The notes: a model not told the origin generated them from the sequence alone. A stretch of DNA of 52,158 nucleotides from an uncultured Lachnospiraceae bacterium (GCA_947589125.1 CANPZZ010000001.1:1-52158); one strand, 5' to 3'; shown: positions 28,455 through 39,262, counted from the first letter of the stretch. Numbers and translations: made by a program.

Positions 28455-29558
28455 ATGAATAACAGAGAAGATTGGGACGACGAGGAGTTTGATCTGGATG
28501 CGATCCAGGCCCGCCAGGATGCTCTGGAGGAGGAACTGGCCCGGCAGGATGTACTGGAAGAGGAGCAGACCCGCCGGGATGCAATAGAAGAGGAACTGGC
28601 CCGCCGGGAGATACAGGAGACGGAACTGCCGGAACAGGAGACAGAACTGCCTGAGCAGGATACGCCGGCAGAAGAACCGGTGTATCAGGAAGTACCGGCG
28701 ATGGAACAGCCGAAAAAGGAGAGACCGGAAGAAGAATCCGTGCATCAGAAAGTGACAGGGGCAGAGACGGCAGGTCAGGAGATGCCGGCAGAAGAACCGA
28801 CGAATCAGGATACGCCGGAAGCATCAGACGCCGGAAAGACAGAAACAGCCGCCGCAGAGCAGCCGGAAGCATGTGTCCACGATCCGGAGACCGACTGGGA
28901 GGCGGTCGTCGAGGCGGTTCTGTTTACGATGGGGAGCCCGGTGGAACTGGGACAGCTGGCCGCGGCGATCGGCCAGGATACGGATATGGCGCGGAAGGTA
29001 GTGGAGAACCTTGCCTGGCGTTACGATCATGAAAACCGGGGAATGCAGGTGATCCGTCTGGAGGACAGCTACCAGCTGTGCACCCGCGGCCGTTTCTACG
29101 AAAATCTGATCCGGGTGGCTTCGGCGCCCAGGCGCCAGGTGCTGACGGACGTGGCGCTGGAGACATTGTCCATCATTGCCTATAAGCAGCCGGTGACCAG
29201 GGCGGAGATCGAGAAGATCCGCGGCGTGAATTCCGACCACGCGGTCAGCCGTCTGGTAGAATATGGTCTGGTGGAGGAGATCGGAAGGCTGGACGCGCCG
29301 GGACGGCCGTCGCTTTTTGCCACGACAGAAGAGTTCCTGCGCCGGTTCGGAATCGGGTCTACGGAGAATCTTCCGGATATGGATCCTGTCCGGGCCGAGG
29401 AGATCCGCAGCGAGGTGGAGGAAGAACTGCAGGTGGATCTGAAGGAAATGGAACAGCAAGCGGCCGGCGAAACAGCCGGGCCGGAACTGGACACAGCAGA
29501 ACCGGTAGGCAGGACAGAGCCGGCTGCGTCAGGATCCGTATCCGCGACAGAAGAATGA
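28455..29558 (+). CDS. scpB: SMC-Scp subunit ScpB with long acidic N-terminal extension
   Basis: EAVLF, ALETLSIIAYKQPVTRAEIEKIRGV and GRP..TTEEFL..FG. Confidence 0.94.
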   Translation: MNNREDWDDEEFDLDAIQARQDALEEELARQDVLEEEQTRRDAIEEELARREIQETELPEQETELPEQDTPAEEPVYQEVPAMEQPKKERPEEESVHQKVTGAETAGQEMPAEEPTNQDTPEASDAGKTETAAAEQPEACVHDPETDWEAVVEAVLFTMGSPVELGQLAAAIGQDTDMARKVVENLAWRYDHENRGMQVIRLEDSYQLCTRGRFYENLIRVASAPRRQVLTDVALETLSIIAYKQPVTRAEIEKIRGVNSDHAVSRLVEYGLVEEIGRLDAPGRPSLFATTEEFLRRFGIGSTENLPDMDPVRAEEIRSEVEEELQVDLKEMEQQAAGETAGPELDTAEPVGRTEPAASGSVSATEE

Positions 29559-29760
29559 ACAGACTCGGACTGCCGAAAGCTCCTGACAGAACGGAAAGCG
29601 TCTCATAAAATATACATATTGTGGGCAAAATACAAACGCAAGCATTTTGTTTTTTGTATACTTTGCCATAATTAACGAAAAAATTTCCAAAAAGGGTATC
29701 ACAATTTACTATTTTGTGGTAGAATCGAATTAACTCAAAATATATGAGGGGGAGATTATC

Positions 29761-30969
29761 ATGGCAAAAGAAATGATAGCAATGCTTCTTGCCGGTGGAC
29801 AGGGTTCCCGTCTGTATACGCTGACCCAGAATCTGGCAAAACCTGCGGTTCCCTTCGGCGGCAAGTACAGGATCATTGATTTTCCGCTGTCGAACTGCGT
29901 CAATTCCGGGATCGATACGGTGGGTATTCTGACCCAGTATCAGCCTCTGGTTCTGAATGAGTACATTGGCAACGGACAGCCCTGGGACCTTGACCGTCTC
30001 CATGGCGGCGTCCATGTGCTCCCGCCTTATCAGCAGGCTTCCGGCTCTGACTGGTATAAAGGCACGGCCAATGCCATTTACCAGAATATTTCATTCATCC
30101 AGAGATATGATCCGCAGTACGTGATCATTCTGTCCGGCGACCAGATCTGCAAGCAGGACTACAGCGATTTCCTGCGCTACCACAAGGAGAAGGGGGCAGA
30201 GTTCTCCGTGGCCGTTATGGAAGTGCCGTGGGAGGAGGCTTCCCGGTTCGGCATCATGGTGGCGGATGAGAATGACCGGATCACCGAGTTCCAGGAGAAG
30301 CCCAAGAATCCCAAGTCCAATCTGGCATCCATGGGTATCTACATCTTCAACTGGGATATTCTGAAACAGTATCTGGAAGAGGATGAGGCTGATCCCAATT
30401 CCGAGAACGATTTCGGCAAGAACATCATCCCGAATCTGTTCCGCGACAACCGCAGGATGTACGCTTATCATTTCAGCGGATACTGGAAGGATGTCGGAAC
30501 CATTTCCTCCCTCTGGGAAGCCAATATGGAGGTTCTGGATCCGGAACACAGCGGTATCAATCTGTTTGACGACGACTGGAAGATCTACAGCCGCAACAGC
30601 GGCATGACCGGTCATAAGATCGGCAAGGGCGGCGTCGTGGAGAATTCCATGATCACCGACGGCTGCCGCATCAACGGCAAGGTGAAGCATTCCATTCTGT
30701 TCGCGGGCGTCCGTGTGGAGGAAGGCGCTGAGGTCGAGGACGCGGTCGTCATGGGCGGTACGGTCATCCGTTCCGGCGCGGTGGTGAAGCACTGTATCGT
30801 GGCCGAGAATGTGGAGATCGGCGAGAACGCCGTCGTAGGCGCCATGCCCGAGGGAGATGAGAAGGGCGTGGCTACGATCGGGAATAACGTATTTATTGGC
30901 GACGGCGCCAAGATCGGCCCGAACGCCATGGTCAGGAATAATGTGAAAGGCGGTGAGGAACAGTGGTAA
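29761..30969 (+). CDS. glgC: Glucose-1-phosphate adenylyltransferase
   Basis: [36 protein letters not shown] and YWKDVG. Confidence 0.97.
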   Translation: MAKEMIAMLLAGGQGSRLYTLTQNLAKPAVPFGGKYRIIDFPLSNCVNSGIDTVGILTQYQPLVLNEYIGNGQPWDLDRLHGGVHVLPPYQQASGSDWYKGTANAIYQNISFIQRYDPQYVIILSGDQICKQDYSDFLRYHKEKGAEFSVAVMEVPWEEASRFGIMVADENDRITEFQEKPKNPKSNLASMGIYIFNWDILKQYLEEDEADPNSENDFGKNIIPNLFRDNRRMYAYHFSGYWKDVGTISSLWEANMEVLDPEHSGINLFDDDWKIYSRNSGMTGHKIGKGGVVENSMITDGCRINGKVKHSILFAGVRVEEGAEVEDAVVMGGTVIRSGAVVKHCIVAENVEIGENAVVGAMPEGDEKGVATIGNNVFIGDGAKIGPNAMVRNNVKGGEEQW

Positions 30970-32108
30970 ATACGAACGCAGATGTATTGGGTGTTCTGTT
31001 CCCCAACAGTTATGATTCTCTGGTACCGGAACTGGTGAATGAGCGCCTGATGGCCTCGATCCCCTTTGGCGGCCGTTACCGTATCGTGGATTTTGTGCTT
31101 TCCAGCATGGTGAACTGCGGCATCGATAATATTTCCCTGATCGTCCGCAGGAACTACCTTTCCCTGATGGATCACTTAGGCTCCGGCCGTGAGTGGGATC
31201 TGGCCCGCAAGAACGGCGGTTTGAATATCATCCCGCCCTTCGCGGAGAAGACAGTGAAGCTGTACAACGGCCGCGTCGAAGCTCTGGCGAGTATTCTGGA
31301 TTTCCTGCGGGGGCAGAAGGAAACCTATGTAGTACTGGCCGACACGAACATCGTGGCGAACTTTGATTTTAACGCGCTGATCGATCAGCATGTCCAGTCG
31401 GGCGCCGATATCACCGTGGCATATACCGAGGAAGAGATTCCGGCTTCCGCGAAGGCTGTCCATGGACAGGGCGTGGATCTGTACTACACGATCGACATGG
31501 ACGACGACAGGCGTGTGAATTATATGTATATGAATTCCACCCAGGAAGGCGTGACGAATTTCTGCCTGAATTACTATGTGATCAAGAGGGAGCTGCTGAT
31601 CGAGCTGATCACTGTGGCCAGCGTCCGCGGCTATCAGTTCTTCGAGAGGGACATGCTGGCGCCTCATCTGGACAAGATCAAGGTCTACGGCTATAAGTAT
31701 GACGGCTATGTGGCCCGCATCAGCGATCTGAAGAGTTATTTCGACGAGAATATGAAGCTTCTCGACGATAAGAACCTGGACGCGCTGTTCGATCCGAGCC
31801 CGATTTACACGAAGATCCGTGACGATAACCCGACCAGATATATCGAAGGGTCCAATGCGGAGAACGTGCTGGTGGCAGACGGCTGCATCATTGAGGGCGA
31901 CATCGAGAACTGCATCCTGTTCCGCGGCGTGCAGGTCGGAAAGGGTGCGAAGGTGAAGAACTGCGTGCTCATGCAGGATACGATCATCGAGGCGGGAGCC
32001 AATGTGGAGTACGTGATCACAGATAAGAAGGTGACGATCACCGCGGGGAAGGAACTGCGGGGGACGGACAGCTTCCCGGTGTATATCGCGAAGCACAAAG
32101 TGGTGTAG
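30963..32108 (+). CDS. glgD: Glucose-1-phosphate adenylyltransferase subunit GlgD
   Basis: [21 protein letters not shown] and [10 protein letters not shown]; lacks the catalytic GGxGxRL motif; overlaps glgC. Confidence 0.94.
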   Translation: MVNTNADVLGVLFPNSYDSLVPELVNERLMASIPFGGRYRIVDFVLSSMVNCGIDNISLIVRRNYLSLMDHLGSGREWDLARKNGGLNIIPPFAEKTVKLYNGRVEALASILDFLRGQKETYVVLADTNIVANFDFNALIDQHVQSGADITVAYTEEEIPASAKAVHGQGVDLYYTIDMDDDRRVNYMYMNSTQEGVTNFCLNYYVIKRELLIELITVASVRGYQFFERDMLAPHLDKIKVYGYKYDGYVARISDLKSYFDENMKLLDDKNLDALFDPSPIYTKIRDDNPTRYIEGSNAENVLVADGCIIEGDIENCILFRGVQVGKGAKVKNCVLMQDTIIEAGANVEYVITDKKVTITAGKELRGTDSFPVYIAKHKVV

Positions 32109-32187
32109 GACGCCGCGCGGGACGGAGCGAAGATCATGCCGGCAGGTTAAAAGGCTGCTAATGACAGACCTTTGTTATTAAAAATGA

Positions 32188-32231
32188 ATGCGGAGAAGGA
32201 ATTACGGGCAACGTATCCTTCTCCGTTTTTT
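32188..32231. terminator. Terminator between convergent glgD and the transporter gene
   Basis: gcggagaagga / tccttctccgt stem followed by a T-tract. Confidence 0.65.
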
Positions 32232-32364
32232 GTATGGGCTGCAGTTCATTCCAGAGGCATGGTTCCCGCGCCGGGCAATGCTGCTGGTCCATTCCCCAGG
32301 GGATTTTCAGATCTGCCTTGTGGTCAATGGCGCATATGCCGCCTTCGGTATTCTGTGTTTCGTA

Positions 32365-34029
32365 TTAATGACGTTCAGGTGAAACTTTTACAAAGCGGTT
32401 TGCGGCCACGATGACGCCGGCCAGCAGAACCAGAGTCACCGGCAGTGCGATCATTGCAGCGGGACTGTCCGTAAAATACCCGATCATTCCCGCGATCAGG
32501 TACCCGGCCGCGCACACCCCGGCTACCGTAAACGCATACGGGATCTGCGTGGTCACATGGTTCACATGATTGGAATGGGCCCCTGCCGACGACATGATCG
32601 TCGTATCTGAGATCGGAGAGCAGTGGTCGCCGCAGACTGCCCCGGCCAGGCAGGCCGCGATGGAAATGACGAGCATTTCATAGGAATCCGTAAATACATT
32701 GCAGACAATGGGGATCAGGATGGAGAAGGTCCCCCAGCTGGTTCCCGTTGAAAAGGCCAGGAATACCGCCACGATGAAGATGATGCAGGGCAGGAAGATC
32801 CGAAGCGCTCCCGCCGAGGCGGCCACCATGTCGCGGATATAGAGATTGGCGCCCAGAAGGCCGGTCATACCGGACAGATTCCATGCCATGATCAGGATCA
32901 GCATCGGCGCACACATCGAGCGGAAGCCCGCGGGCAGACAGTCCATGAAGTCCTGGAAGGAGACCACGCCGCGGAGCATGTAGAGGAAGAATGTAAAAAT
33001 GAGCGTGATCAGGCTGCCGTAGACCAGTCCCACCGCGGAACTGGAATTGGCGAAAGCGTCGATGAAGCCCACGCCGTCAAAGAAGCCGCCGGTATAGACG
33101 ATGCCGATGACGCAGGAAACGATCAGGACGGCCACCGGCAGGACCAGATCGATGACGCTGCCTTTGGAGGATGGAATCTCATTGTCCGCGTCCTGGTAGG
33201 GACGGTCCGGCGTGGTGAACAGATCTCCCTTTGCGGCATTGTCCTCGTGAAGCTTCATGGGGCCGTAGTCCAGCTTGAGCGTCACGATCAGGATCATCAT
33301 CAGGAGCGTTCCCAGCGCGTAGAAGTTGTAGGGGATAGTCCGCAGAAACATCTGGAACCCGTTGATCCCGAGATCTTCGGGAACGGAGTATGTAACTGCT
33401 GCCGCCCAGCTGGAAATAGGCGCGATGATGCAGATGGGCGCGGCTGTGGAATCGATCAGATAGGCCAGCTTGGCGCGGGATACCTGATGACGGTCGGTGA
33501 CCGGCCGGATCACGGAGCCGACGGTCATGCAGTTGAAGCCGTCGTCCACGAAGATCAGAACGCCCAGGGCGATGGCGGCAAGCTGCGCGCCGACCTTGCT
33601 GTGGATGTGTTTCGATGCCCAGCGGCCGAAGGCGGCGGAACCGCCCGCTTTGTTCATCAGGGCCACCAGGGCGGCCAGAAGAACTACGAAGACCAGGATG
33701 CTGGCGTTCTGCTGGTTGGCGATCTTATTCACCAGACCGCCTTCGTCGTTATAGAGGATCGTCTGCAGGGTCAGTCCGAGATTTCCGTTGGCGTAGAGCA
33801 GGCCGCCGGTGACGATGCCCATGAACAGGGAGAAATAGACCTCCTTCGTGAAAAGCGCCAGGCTGATGGCGACGACCGGCGGCAGCAGCGACCAGATGGT
33901 CTGATAGACTCCGGGCAGATAGCCTTCGGAGGCCGTGGCCGGCGTCCGGGAGGTGAGCCAGATCAGGATGAGGGCGGCGGCAAGTACGGCCAGCCAGATC
34001 CAGACCTTTGCCTTCTTTGGAATGTTCAT
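32365..34029 (-). CDS. NhaC-family (IT superfamily) transporter
   Basis: IFVDD, LAYLIDST, TGTSWGT and GDHCSPISDTT motifs; many TM helices. Confidence 0.88.
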   Translation of the reverse strand: MNIPKKAKVWIWLAVLAAALILIWLTSRTPATASEGYLPGVYQTIWSLLPPVVAISLALFTKEVYFSLFMGIVTGGLLYANGNLGLTLQTILYNDEGGLVNKIANQQNASILVFVVLLAALVALMNKAGGSAAFGRWASKHIHSKVGAQLAAIALGVLIFVDDGFNCMTVGSVIRPVTDRHQVSRAKLAYLIDSTAAPICIIAPISSWAAAVTYSVPEDLGINGFQMFLRTIPYNFYALGTLLMMILIVTLKLDYGPMKLHEDNAAKGDLFTTPDRPYQDADNEIPSSKGSVIDLVLPVAVLIVSCVIGIVYTGGFFDGVGFIDAFANSSSAVGLVYGSLITLIFTFFLYMLRGVVSFQDFMDCLPAGFRSMCAPMLILIMAWNLSGMTGLLGANLYIRDMVAASAGALRIFLPCIIFIVAVFLAFSTGTSWGTFSILIPIVCNVFTDSYEMLVISIAACLAGAVCGDHCSPISDTTIMSSAGAHSNHVNHVTTQIPYAFTVAGVCAAGYLIAGMIGYFTDSPAAMIALPVTLVLLAGVIVAANRFVKVSPERH

Positions 34030-34053
34030 AGAGAATTCCCCCATTTCTTACCG

Positions 34054-34116
34054 AATCCTACTGGTATAGTAGGCTTTCTTTTTTGCTATTATAATACGCC
34101 TTATCACTTTAATCAA
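34054..34116 (-). promoter_or_regulatory. Sigma-A promoter plus palindromic operator of the NhaC-family gene
   Basis: Minus-strand TTGATT-17-TATAAT (34116-34088); CCTACT-N5-AGTAGG at 34057-34073. Confidence 0.65.
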
Positions 34117-34299
34117 TAGAAAAATTCTTGACATCATGTGGGGGAAATTTTATAGTAAATTTGTGGCCTGTGCGGCGGTGTGATGCGGCGGAACGGTGTG
34201 GAAAGCTGCCGGGCAGGGCGTATGAAAGAACGTTGTGAAAAGGCGCCGCGGCTGGACAGGCGGCATATTGTGAATAGGGAACAGACAGGAGATGCGGGA

Positions 34300-35091
34300 A
34301 TGAACGGTTGGAACATGTTTTGGAAGCGGCGTGCGGCGCTTTTGTGGGCGCTGCTTTTAGCGGTCAGCCTGGTGCTGAGCGGCTGTGGCTCCGGTGATGG
34401 TGCGGTCCAGTCCATCGGGGAAGAGCTCCTGGATTCCATAGCTGCCGATATGGGCGAGGACGCGCTGGAATCGGTGGAGGAAGAGATCGGCGGGGAGATC
34501 GTCGATGGATTTGTGGAGGATATCCTGGGTACTGCGGAGGCGGAAACCGGAAGCGCGGAGACCAAGAGAGGGATCGCGGATGCTGCGGAGACAGAAAACG
34601 GAATCGCGGATGTTTCGGAGGCAGAGCTCAAGACCACGGATGCAGCGAAAGAAGATCAGCCTGCCGAAAGCCCGGCGGAGACCGGAAATGCAGAGACCGA
34701 TGAATCCGCGGCGAATGAAGAACTGTCTGTCGAGTTCGGAGAAGAATACAGCGACCGGGATCATGTAGCGCTGTATATCCACCTCTATAAGGAACTTCCG
34801 CCCAATTATATTACAAAGGATGAAGCCCGTGATCTGGGCTGGGATTCCGGCAAAGGAAATCTGTGGGAAATTGCTCCGGGAATGAGCATCGGCGGCGATT
34901 ATTTCGGAAACCGCGAGGGACTCCTTCCAAAGAAGAAGGGCCGCAGTTATTATGAGTGCGACATTAATTATGCCGGAGGTTACCGCGGCGGAGAGCGGAT
35001 CGTATTCAGCAGCGACGGATTGGTGTATTATTCGGAGGATCACTATGAGAATTTCGAACTATTGTATGACGAGGAGGGCCCGGTGGAATGA
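34300..35091 (+). CDS. Barnase-like ribonuclease lipoprotein
   Basis: Lipobox VLSGC, acidic linker, then LPPNYITK, IGGDYFGNREGLLP, ECDINY, RIVFSSDG and DHY (catalytic Glu and His present). Confidence 0.9.
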   Translation: MNGWNMFWKRRAALLWALLLAVSLVLSGCGSGDGAVQSIGEELLDSIAADMGEDALESVEEEIGGEIVDGFVEDILGTAEAETGSAETKRGIADAAETENGIADVSEAELKTTDAAKEDQPAESPAETGNAETDESAANEELSVEFGEEYSDRDHVALYIHLYKELPPNYITKDEARDLGWDSGKGNLWEIAPGMSIGGDYFGNREGLLPKKKGRSYYECDINYAGGYRGGERIVFSSDGLVYYSEDHYENFELLYDEEGPVE

Positions 35092-35495
35092 AGAAGATCA
35101 CGCTTAATTTCGGCGGCCCCGCATCTGCGGCCGCATTTACGCGAAGGGAGATCCATGAATATATTGCGGAGAAGATGGCTTTTCCGGAATATTACGGGCA
35201 TAATCTTGACGCTCTTTATGACTGCCTGACCGATATTGCCGAACCGACGGCGGTGGGGATCGCGATCCCGGTGATTCCGGAGAATCTGCAGGAGACAGCG
35301 CCGCAGATGGCGCTTCCGGCCGACGGAGACGGCGATCCGCCGCGGCGCGTTTTGCGGCAGGGGCAGGAGCATTTCGACGCTATGAAGTATTTCCGGAAGG
35401 TGCGGAAGGCGTTTGCCGACGCGGAGGCGGACAACCCGAATCTGGCCGTGTTCGATCTGACAGCGTTTCCGGAGGATCCGGAAGAGGAAGAATGA
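35088..35495 (+). CDS. Barstar-family ribonuclease inhibitor
   Basis: FPEYYGHNLDALYDCLT; ATGA overlap with the RNase gene. Confidence 0.9.
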   Translation: MKKITLNFGGPASAAAFTRREIHEYIAEKMAFPEYYGHNLDALYDCLTDIAEPTAVGIAIPVIPENLQETAPQMALPADGDGDPPRRVLRQGQEHFDAMKYFRKVRKAFADAEADNPNLAVFDLTAFPEDPEEEE

Positions 35496-35563
35496 GGCTT
35501 TCGGGAGCCGGAGAGCGAGCAGGGAGAAGCGGGCATGGAAAGAAAAGCCGGGAATACACTTCT

Positions 35564-36001
35564 TTACTGAGGTGTATATCCCGGCTTTTGAAGCTGGTCA
35601 TTCACAAGGTCGGCCAGCGTCACATGATCCACTACCTGGCTGATCGCGTCGTCGATCCGTTTCCAGAGCGACAGGGTAGAACAGGTGTCCCAGTGCTTGC
35701 ACTGCGGTTCCGCGTCGCCGCTTAAGCAGGCCACCGGCGCAAGATCGCCTTCCATCAGCCGCAGGATCATGCCGGCGGTGTATTCGGACGGATCCTTTGT
35801 CAGCATATAACCGCCTTTGGCGCCGCGGACGCTGGCGACATAGCCGGCCCGTACCAGTACGGCCACGATCTGTTCCAGATATTTGTCCGACAGATCGTGT
35901 CTGGCGGCCACCTGGCTGAGCGTGGTGCATTCATTGGGATGCAGTGCAAATTCTACCATCATACGAAGGGCGTACTGGCCCTTGGTCGAGATCTTCATCA
36001 T
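35564..36001 (-). CDS. Rrf2-family regulator with three Cys (IscR/CymR-like)
   Basis: KISTKGQYALR, KYLEQI, SVRGAKGGY and C-x8-C-x5-C. Confidence 0.92.
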   Translation of the reverse strand: MMKISTKGQYALRMMVEFALHPNECTTLSQVAARHDLSDKYLEQIVAVLVRAGYVASVRGAKGGYMLTKDPSEYTAGMILRLMEGDLAPVACLSGDAEPQCKHWDTCSTLSLWKRIDDAISQVVDHVTLADLVNDQLQKPGYTPQ

Positions 36002-36075
36002 GGTGTTGTGCCTCGATTCTTGTGCGGTTGCTTTTTTATTACATGCAAGAAGAGCGCCAATGACGCCCTGTTTGT

Positions 36076-36104
36076 ATTCTACACGAAATGAAACGAAAAG
36101 TCAA
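36076..36104 (-). promoter_or_regulatory. Sigma-A promoter of the Rrf2 gene
   Basis: Minus-strand TTGACT-17-TAGAAT. Confidence 0.7.
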
Positions 36105-36287
36105 ACTTCCATTTTCCGGGGAAACGTTGTATACTATCCCCAGGAAAGAATCGTGGGATTCCGCGGAGAACTGCATTCTGCAGGCAAAAACGAACGGATT
36201 CTGATGAAAAGTCGTGTCATGGGACTGGCGAGGAAATACGTTTCGCAGATTCTGTGAATATACGAAAGGGCAGAAAGGAAAGATATC

Positions 36288-38324
36288 ATGGATCAGGGGT
36301 ATATCCGCGTCGCGGCCGCGACGCCGAAGATCCGCGTGGCGGATCCAGTCTATAATGGAGAGCGGATTCTGGAGCTGATGCGCGAGGGCGCGGAGAACAA
36401 AGCGAAGCTGATCGTATTTCCGGAACTCTGCATCACGGCCTACACCTGCAATGACCTGTTTCTGCAGGACAGGCTTTTAAGCGAGGCGAAGAAGACGCTT
36501 GCAAGGCTGGCAGCGGCCACGAAGCAGATGGATCTGCTGGCATTTGTGGGACTTCCCTGGGAGATGGGAGGACGCCTTTATAATGTGGCGGCGGCCATAA
36601 GCGGCGGAAAAGTGCTGGGACTTGTGCCCAAGCTGCATATCCCCAACTATTCAGAGTATTATGAGGGCAGATATTTTGCCCGCGGAAATGAGATTCCGGC
36701 CTGGGTGGATTTCCTGGGGGAACGGATCCCCATAGGCTCCCGGCTGCTGTTTGCATGCGAGGAGATTCCGGAACTGAAGGTATCCGCTGAGGTCTGCGAG
36801 GATCTCTGGGTCGTCAGCCCGCCCAGTATCGGTCATGCCCTGGCGGGCGCGACGGTGGTCGTCAACAGCTCGGCCAGTGTGGAGACGGTCGGCAAGGACG
36901 ATTACCGCAGATCGCTGGTAAGCGGCCAGTCCGGACGTCTTGTCTGCGGCTATATTTACGCCAGCGCCGGGGAAGGGGAGTCGTCCCAGGACCTGGTATT
37001 CGGCGGCCATAATATGATCGCCGAGAACGGAACCGTACTTGCCGAGGCGAAGCGGTTTTCTGCAGGGATCACTTATGCGGATATGGACCTGTGGAGGCTC
37101 AGGAGTGAGCGAAGAAGGATGAATACCTATCCGGGAAGCCTGCCGGGCCTGCCTGCCCGGAACGCGGGCGCTGCGTGCGGTTATGGATGTGACGGGCAGA
37201 CGCAGCAGACGGCCGGCTGCGCGGCCGGCTGCGCCGGTATGCCGGGATGGGGATCGCCGGAATGTTCTCCGCATTATCTGACAGTGCCATTTCATCTGAA
37301 CCCGGAGCGGCTTACGCTTCGCCGCGTTATAGACCCGGCGCCCTTTGTGCCCCATGATACGGGGGAGAGGAACAAGCGCTGCGAGGAGATTTTAAATATC
37401 CAGTCTCTGGGTCTTAAAAAACGCCTGGAACACACCGGCACGAAATGCGCGGTCCTGGGGATCTCCGGCGGTCTGGATTCGACGCTGGCCCTTCTGGTAA
37501 CGGCCAGGGCCTTTGATCTTCTGGGGCTTGACAGGAAGAATATCATTGCCGTTACGATGCCGTGTTTCGGCACCACGGACCGGACCTACCATAATGCCTG
37601 CGTTATGACGAAGAAGCTGGGAGCGACGCTTCGCGAGATCGATATCCGCGCGGCGGTGACGCAGCATTTTAAAGATATCGGACACGATCCGGATAACCAC
37701 GATGTGACCTACGAGAACAGCCAGGCCCGCGAACGGACCCAGATCCTTATGGATATCGCCAACCAGGAGAACGGCATGGTCATCGGAACCGGCGATATGT
37801 CGGAGCTGGCGCTGGGCTGGGCCACCTACAACGGCGACCATATGTCCATGTACGGCGTCAATGCGTCGGTACCTAAGACGCTGGTGCGCCATCTGGTGCG
37901 GTATTACGCGGATACCTGCGGGGAGAAGGAGTTAAGCGGGGTTCTTATGGACGTGCTGGATACGCCGGTAAGCCCGGAACTTCTGCCTCCGGAGAAAGGC
38001 GGGGAGATCTCCCAGAAGACGGAGGATCTGGTAGGGCCTTACGAGCTGCACGATTTCTTCCTGTATCATATGCTGCGGTTCGGCTACGGGCCGGCCAGGA
38101 TCTGCCGGATGGCGCTGGCGGCTTTCGCCGGCGCATACGAGCCCGAGGTGATCAAAAAATGGCTCCGGACTTTTTACCGAAGGTTCTTTTCCCAGCAGTT
38201 CAAGCGGTCCTGCCTGCCGGACGGCCCGAAGGTGGGCAGCGTGGCGCTGTCGCCGAGAGGGGACCTGCGGATGCCGAGCGACGCGGTCAGCCGTATCTGG
38301 ATGGAGGAGATGGATTCACTATGA
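36288..38324 (+). CDS. nadE: Glutamine-dependent NAD+ synthetase
   Basis: Nitrilase domain (FPEL, PK, CEDLW) plus GISGGLDS, ENSQAR and QQFKRS. Confidence 0.96.
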   Translation: MDQGYIRVAAATPKIRVADPVYNGERILELMREGAENKAKLIVFPELCITAYTCNDLFLQDRLLSEAKKTLARLAAATKQMDLLAFVGLPWEMGGRLYNVAAAISGGKVLGLVPKLHIPNYSEYYEGRYFARGNEIPAWVDFLGERIPIGSRLLFACEEIPELKVSAEVCEDLWVVSPPSIGHALAGATVVVNSSASVETVGKDDYRRSLVSGQSGRLVCGYIYASAGEGESSQDLVFGGHNMIAENGTVLAEAKRFSAGITYADMDLWRLRSERRRMNTYPGSLPGLPARNAGAACGYGCDGQTQQTAGCAAGCAGMPGWGSPECSPHYLTVPFHLNPERLTLRRVIDPAPFVPHDTGERNKRCEEILNIQSLGLKKRLEHTGTKCAVLGISGGLDSTLALLVTARAFDLLGLDRKNIIAVTMPCFGTTDRTYHNACVMTKKLGATLREIDIRAAVTQHFKDIGHDPDNHDVTYENSQARERTQILMDIANQENGMVIGTGDMSELALGWATYNGDHMSMYGVNASVPKTLVRHLVRYYADTCGEKELSGVLMDVLDTPVSPELLPPEKGGEISQKTEDLVGPYELHDFFLYHMLRFGYGPARICRMALAAFAGAYEPEVIKKWLRTFYRRFFSQQFKRSCLPDGPKVGSVALSPRGDLRMPSDAVSRIWMEEMDSL

Positions 38325-39118
38325 TGATCGCGAGCACCGCCAACAGGCGGGTGAAAGAGGTGGCGGCCCTGACGAAGAAAGCCCGGTACCGGAATGAAGA
38401 GGGCGTCTTCGTGGTGGAGGGACCGCGGATGTTTTCGGAAGTCCCGAAGGACAGACTCGTGCATGTTTACGCCACGGAGAAGTTCCTGTGTGAAAATGGA
38501 TCCGCGGGTCTCGAGGACGGAAACGGTCTGGTGGACACGGTCACGGACGAGGTCCTTAGGGCCATGTCCGATACCCAGACTCCGCAGGGAGTCCTGGCGG
38601 TCGTAAAACAGTACCGGTATACGCTTTCAGACATTCTGTCGCGGCCGGAACCGGCGCTTTTGATGGTTCTGGAGACGATCCAGGACCCGGGCAATCTGGG
38701 AACGATCCTGCGTGCCGGCGAGGGAGCGGGCGTAACCGGGGTCATTATGGACAGCCATACTGCGGATATCTACAGTCCGAAGGTGATCCGGTCCACGATG
38801 GGATCCATTTCTCGGGTGCCGTTTTACCGGGCGGATGATCTTATGGCGGTTATGGCTGAGATGAAGAGAGCGGGGATCCGCCTGGCCGCAGCCCATCTGC
38901 AGGGAAGCGTGGAGTATGATACGGAAGATTATACCGGTCCGGTCGGCTTCCTGATCGGCAATGAGGCGGCCGGTTTAAGCTGCCAGGCGGCGGAAGCGGC
39001 GGATGTGCGCGTCCGCATTCCGATGCTGGGGCAGGTAGAGTCCCTGAACGCGGCGGTGGCGTCGTCGATACTGATGTATGAGACCGCGAGGCAGAGGCGG
39101 CATATGGCGGGCCGCTGA
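38321..39118 (+). CDS. TrmH/SpoU-family RNA 2'-O-methyltransferase
   Basis: QDPGNLGTILR, GNEAAGL and IPMLGQVESLNAA. Confidence 0.93.
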   Translation: MMIASTANRRVKEVAALTKKARYRNEEGVFVVEGPRMFSEVPKDRLVHVYATEKFLCENGSAGLEDGNGLVDTVTDEVLRAMSDTQTPQGVLAVVKQYRYTLSDILSRPEPALLMVLETIQDPGNLGTILRAGEGAGVTGVIMDSHTADIYSPKVIRSTMGSISRVPFYRADDLMAVMAEMKRAGIRLAAAHLQGSVEYDTEDYTGPVGFLIGNEAAGLSCQAAEAADVRVRIPMLGQVESLNAAVASSILMYETARQRRHMAGR

Positions 39119-39262
39119 GTCATTTTACAGGAGCAGGGCCTGTTTTACTGTCATAGCCGGGATTTCGATGGAATTTTAAGAAAAATGTTGAATTCAGGCG
39201 GAACTTCTTTTATAATATAAAAGGAGTATATTGTCCATATTAAATGACAGGGGGAATCGGAA

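Noticed and set aside
29593-29607. CcpA cre site upstream of glgC
   Set aside because: Too many mismatches in the right half-site.
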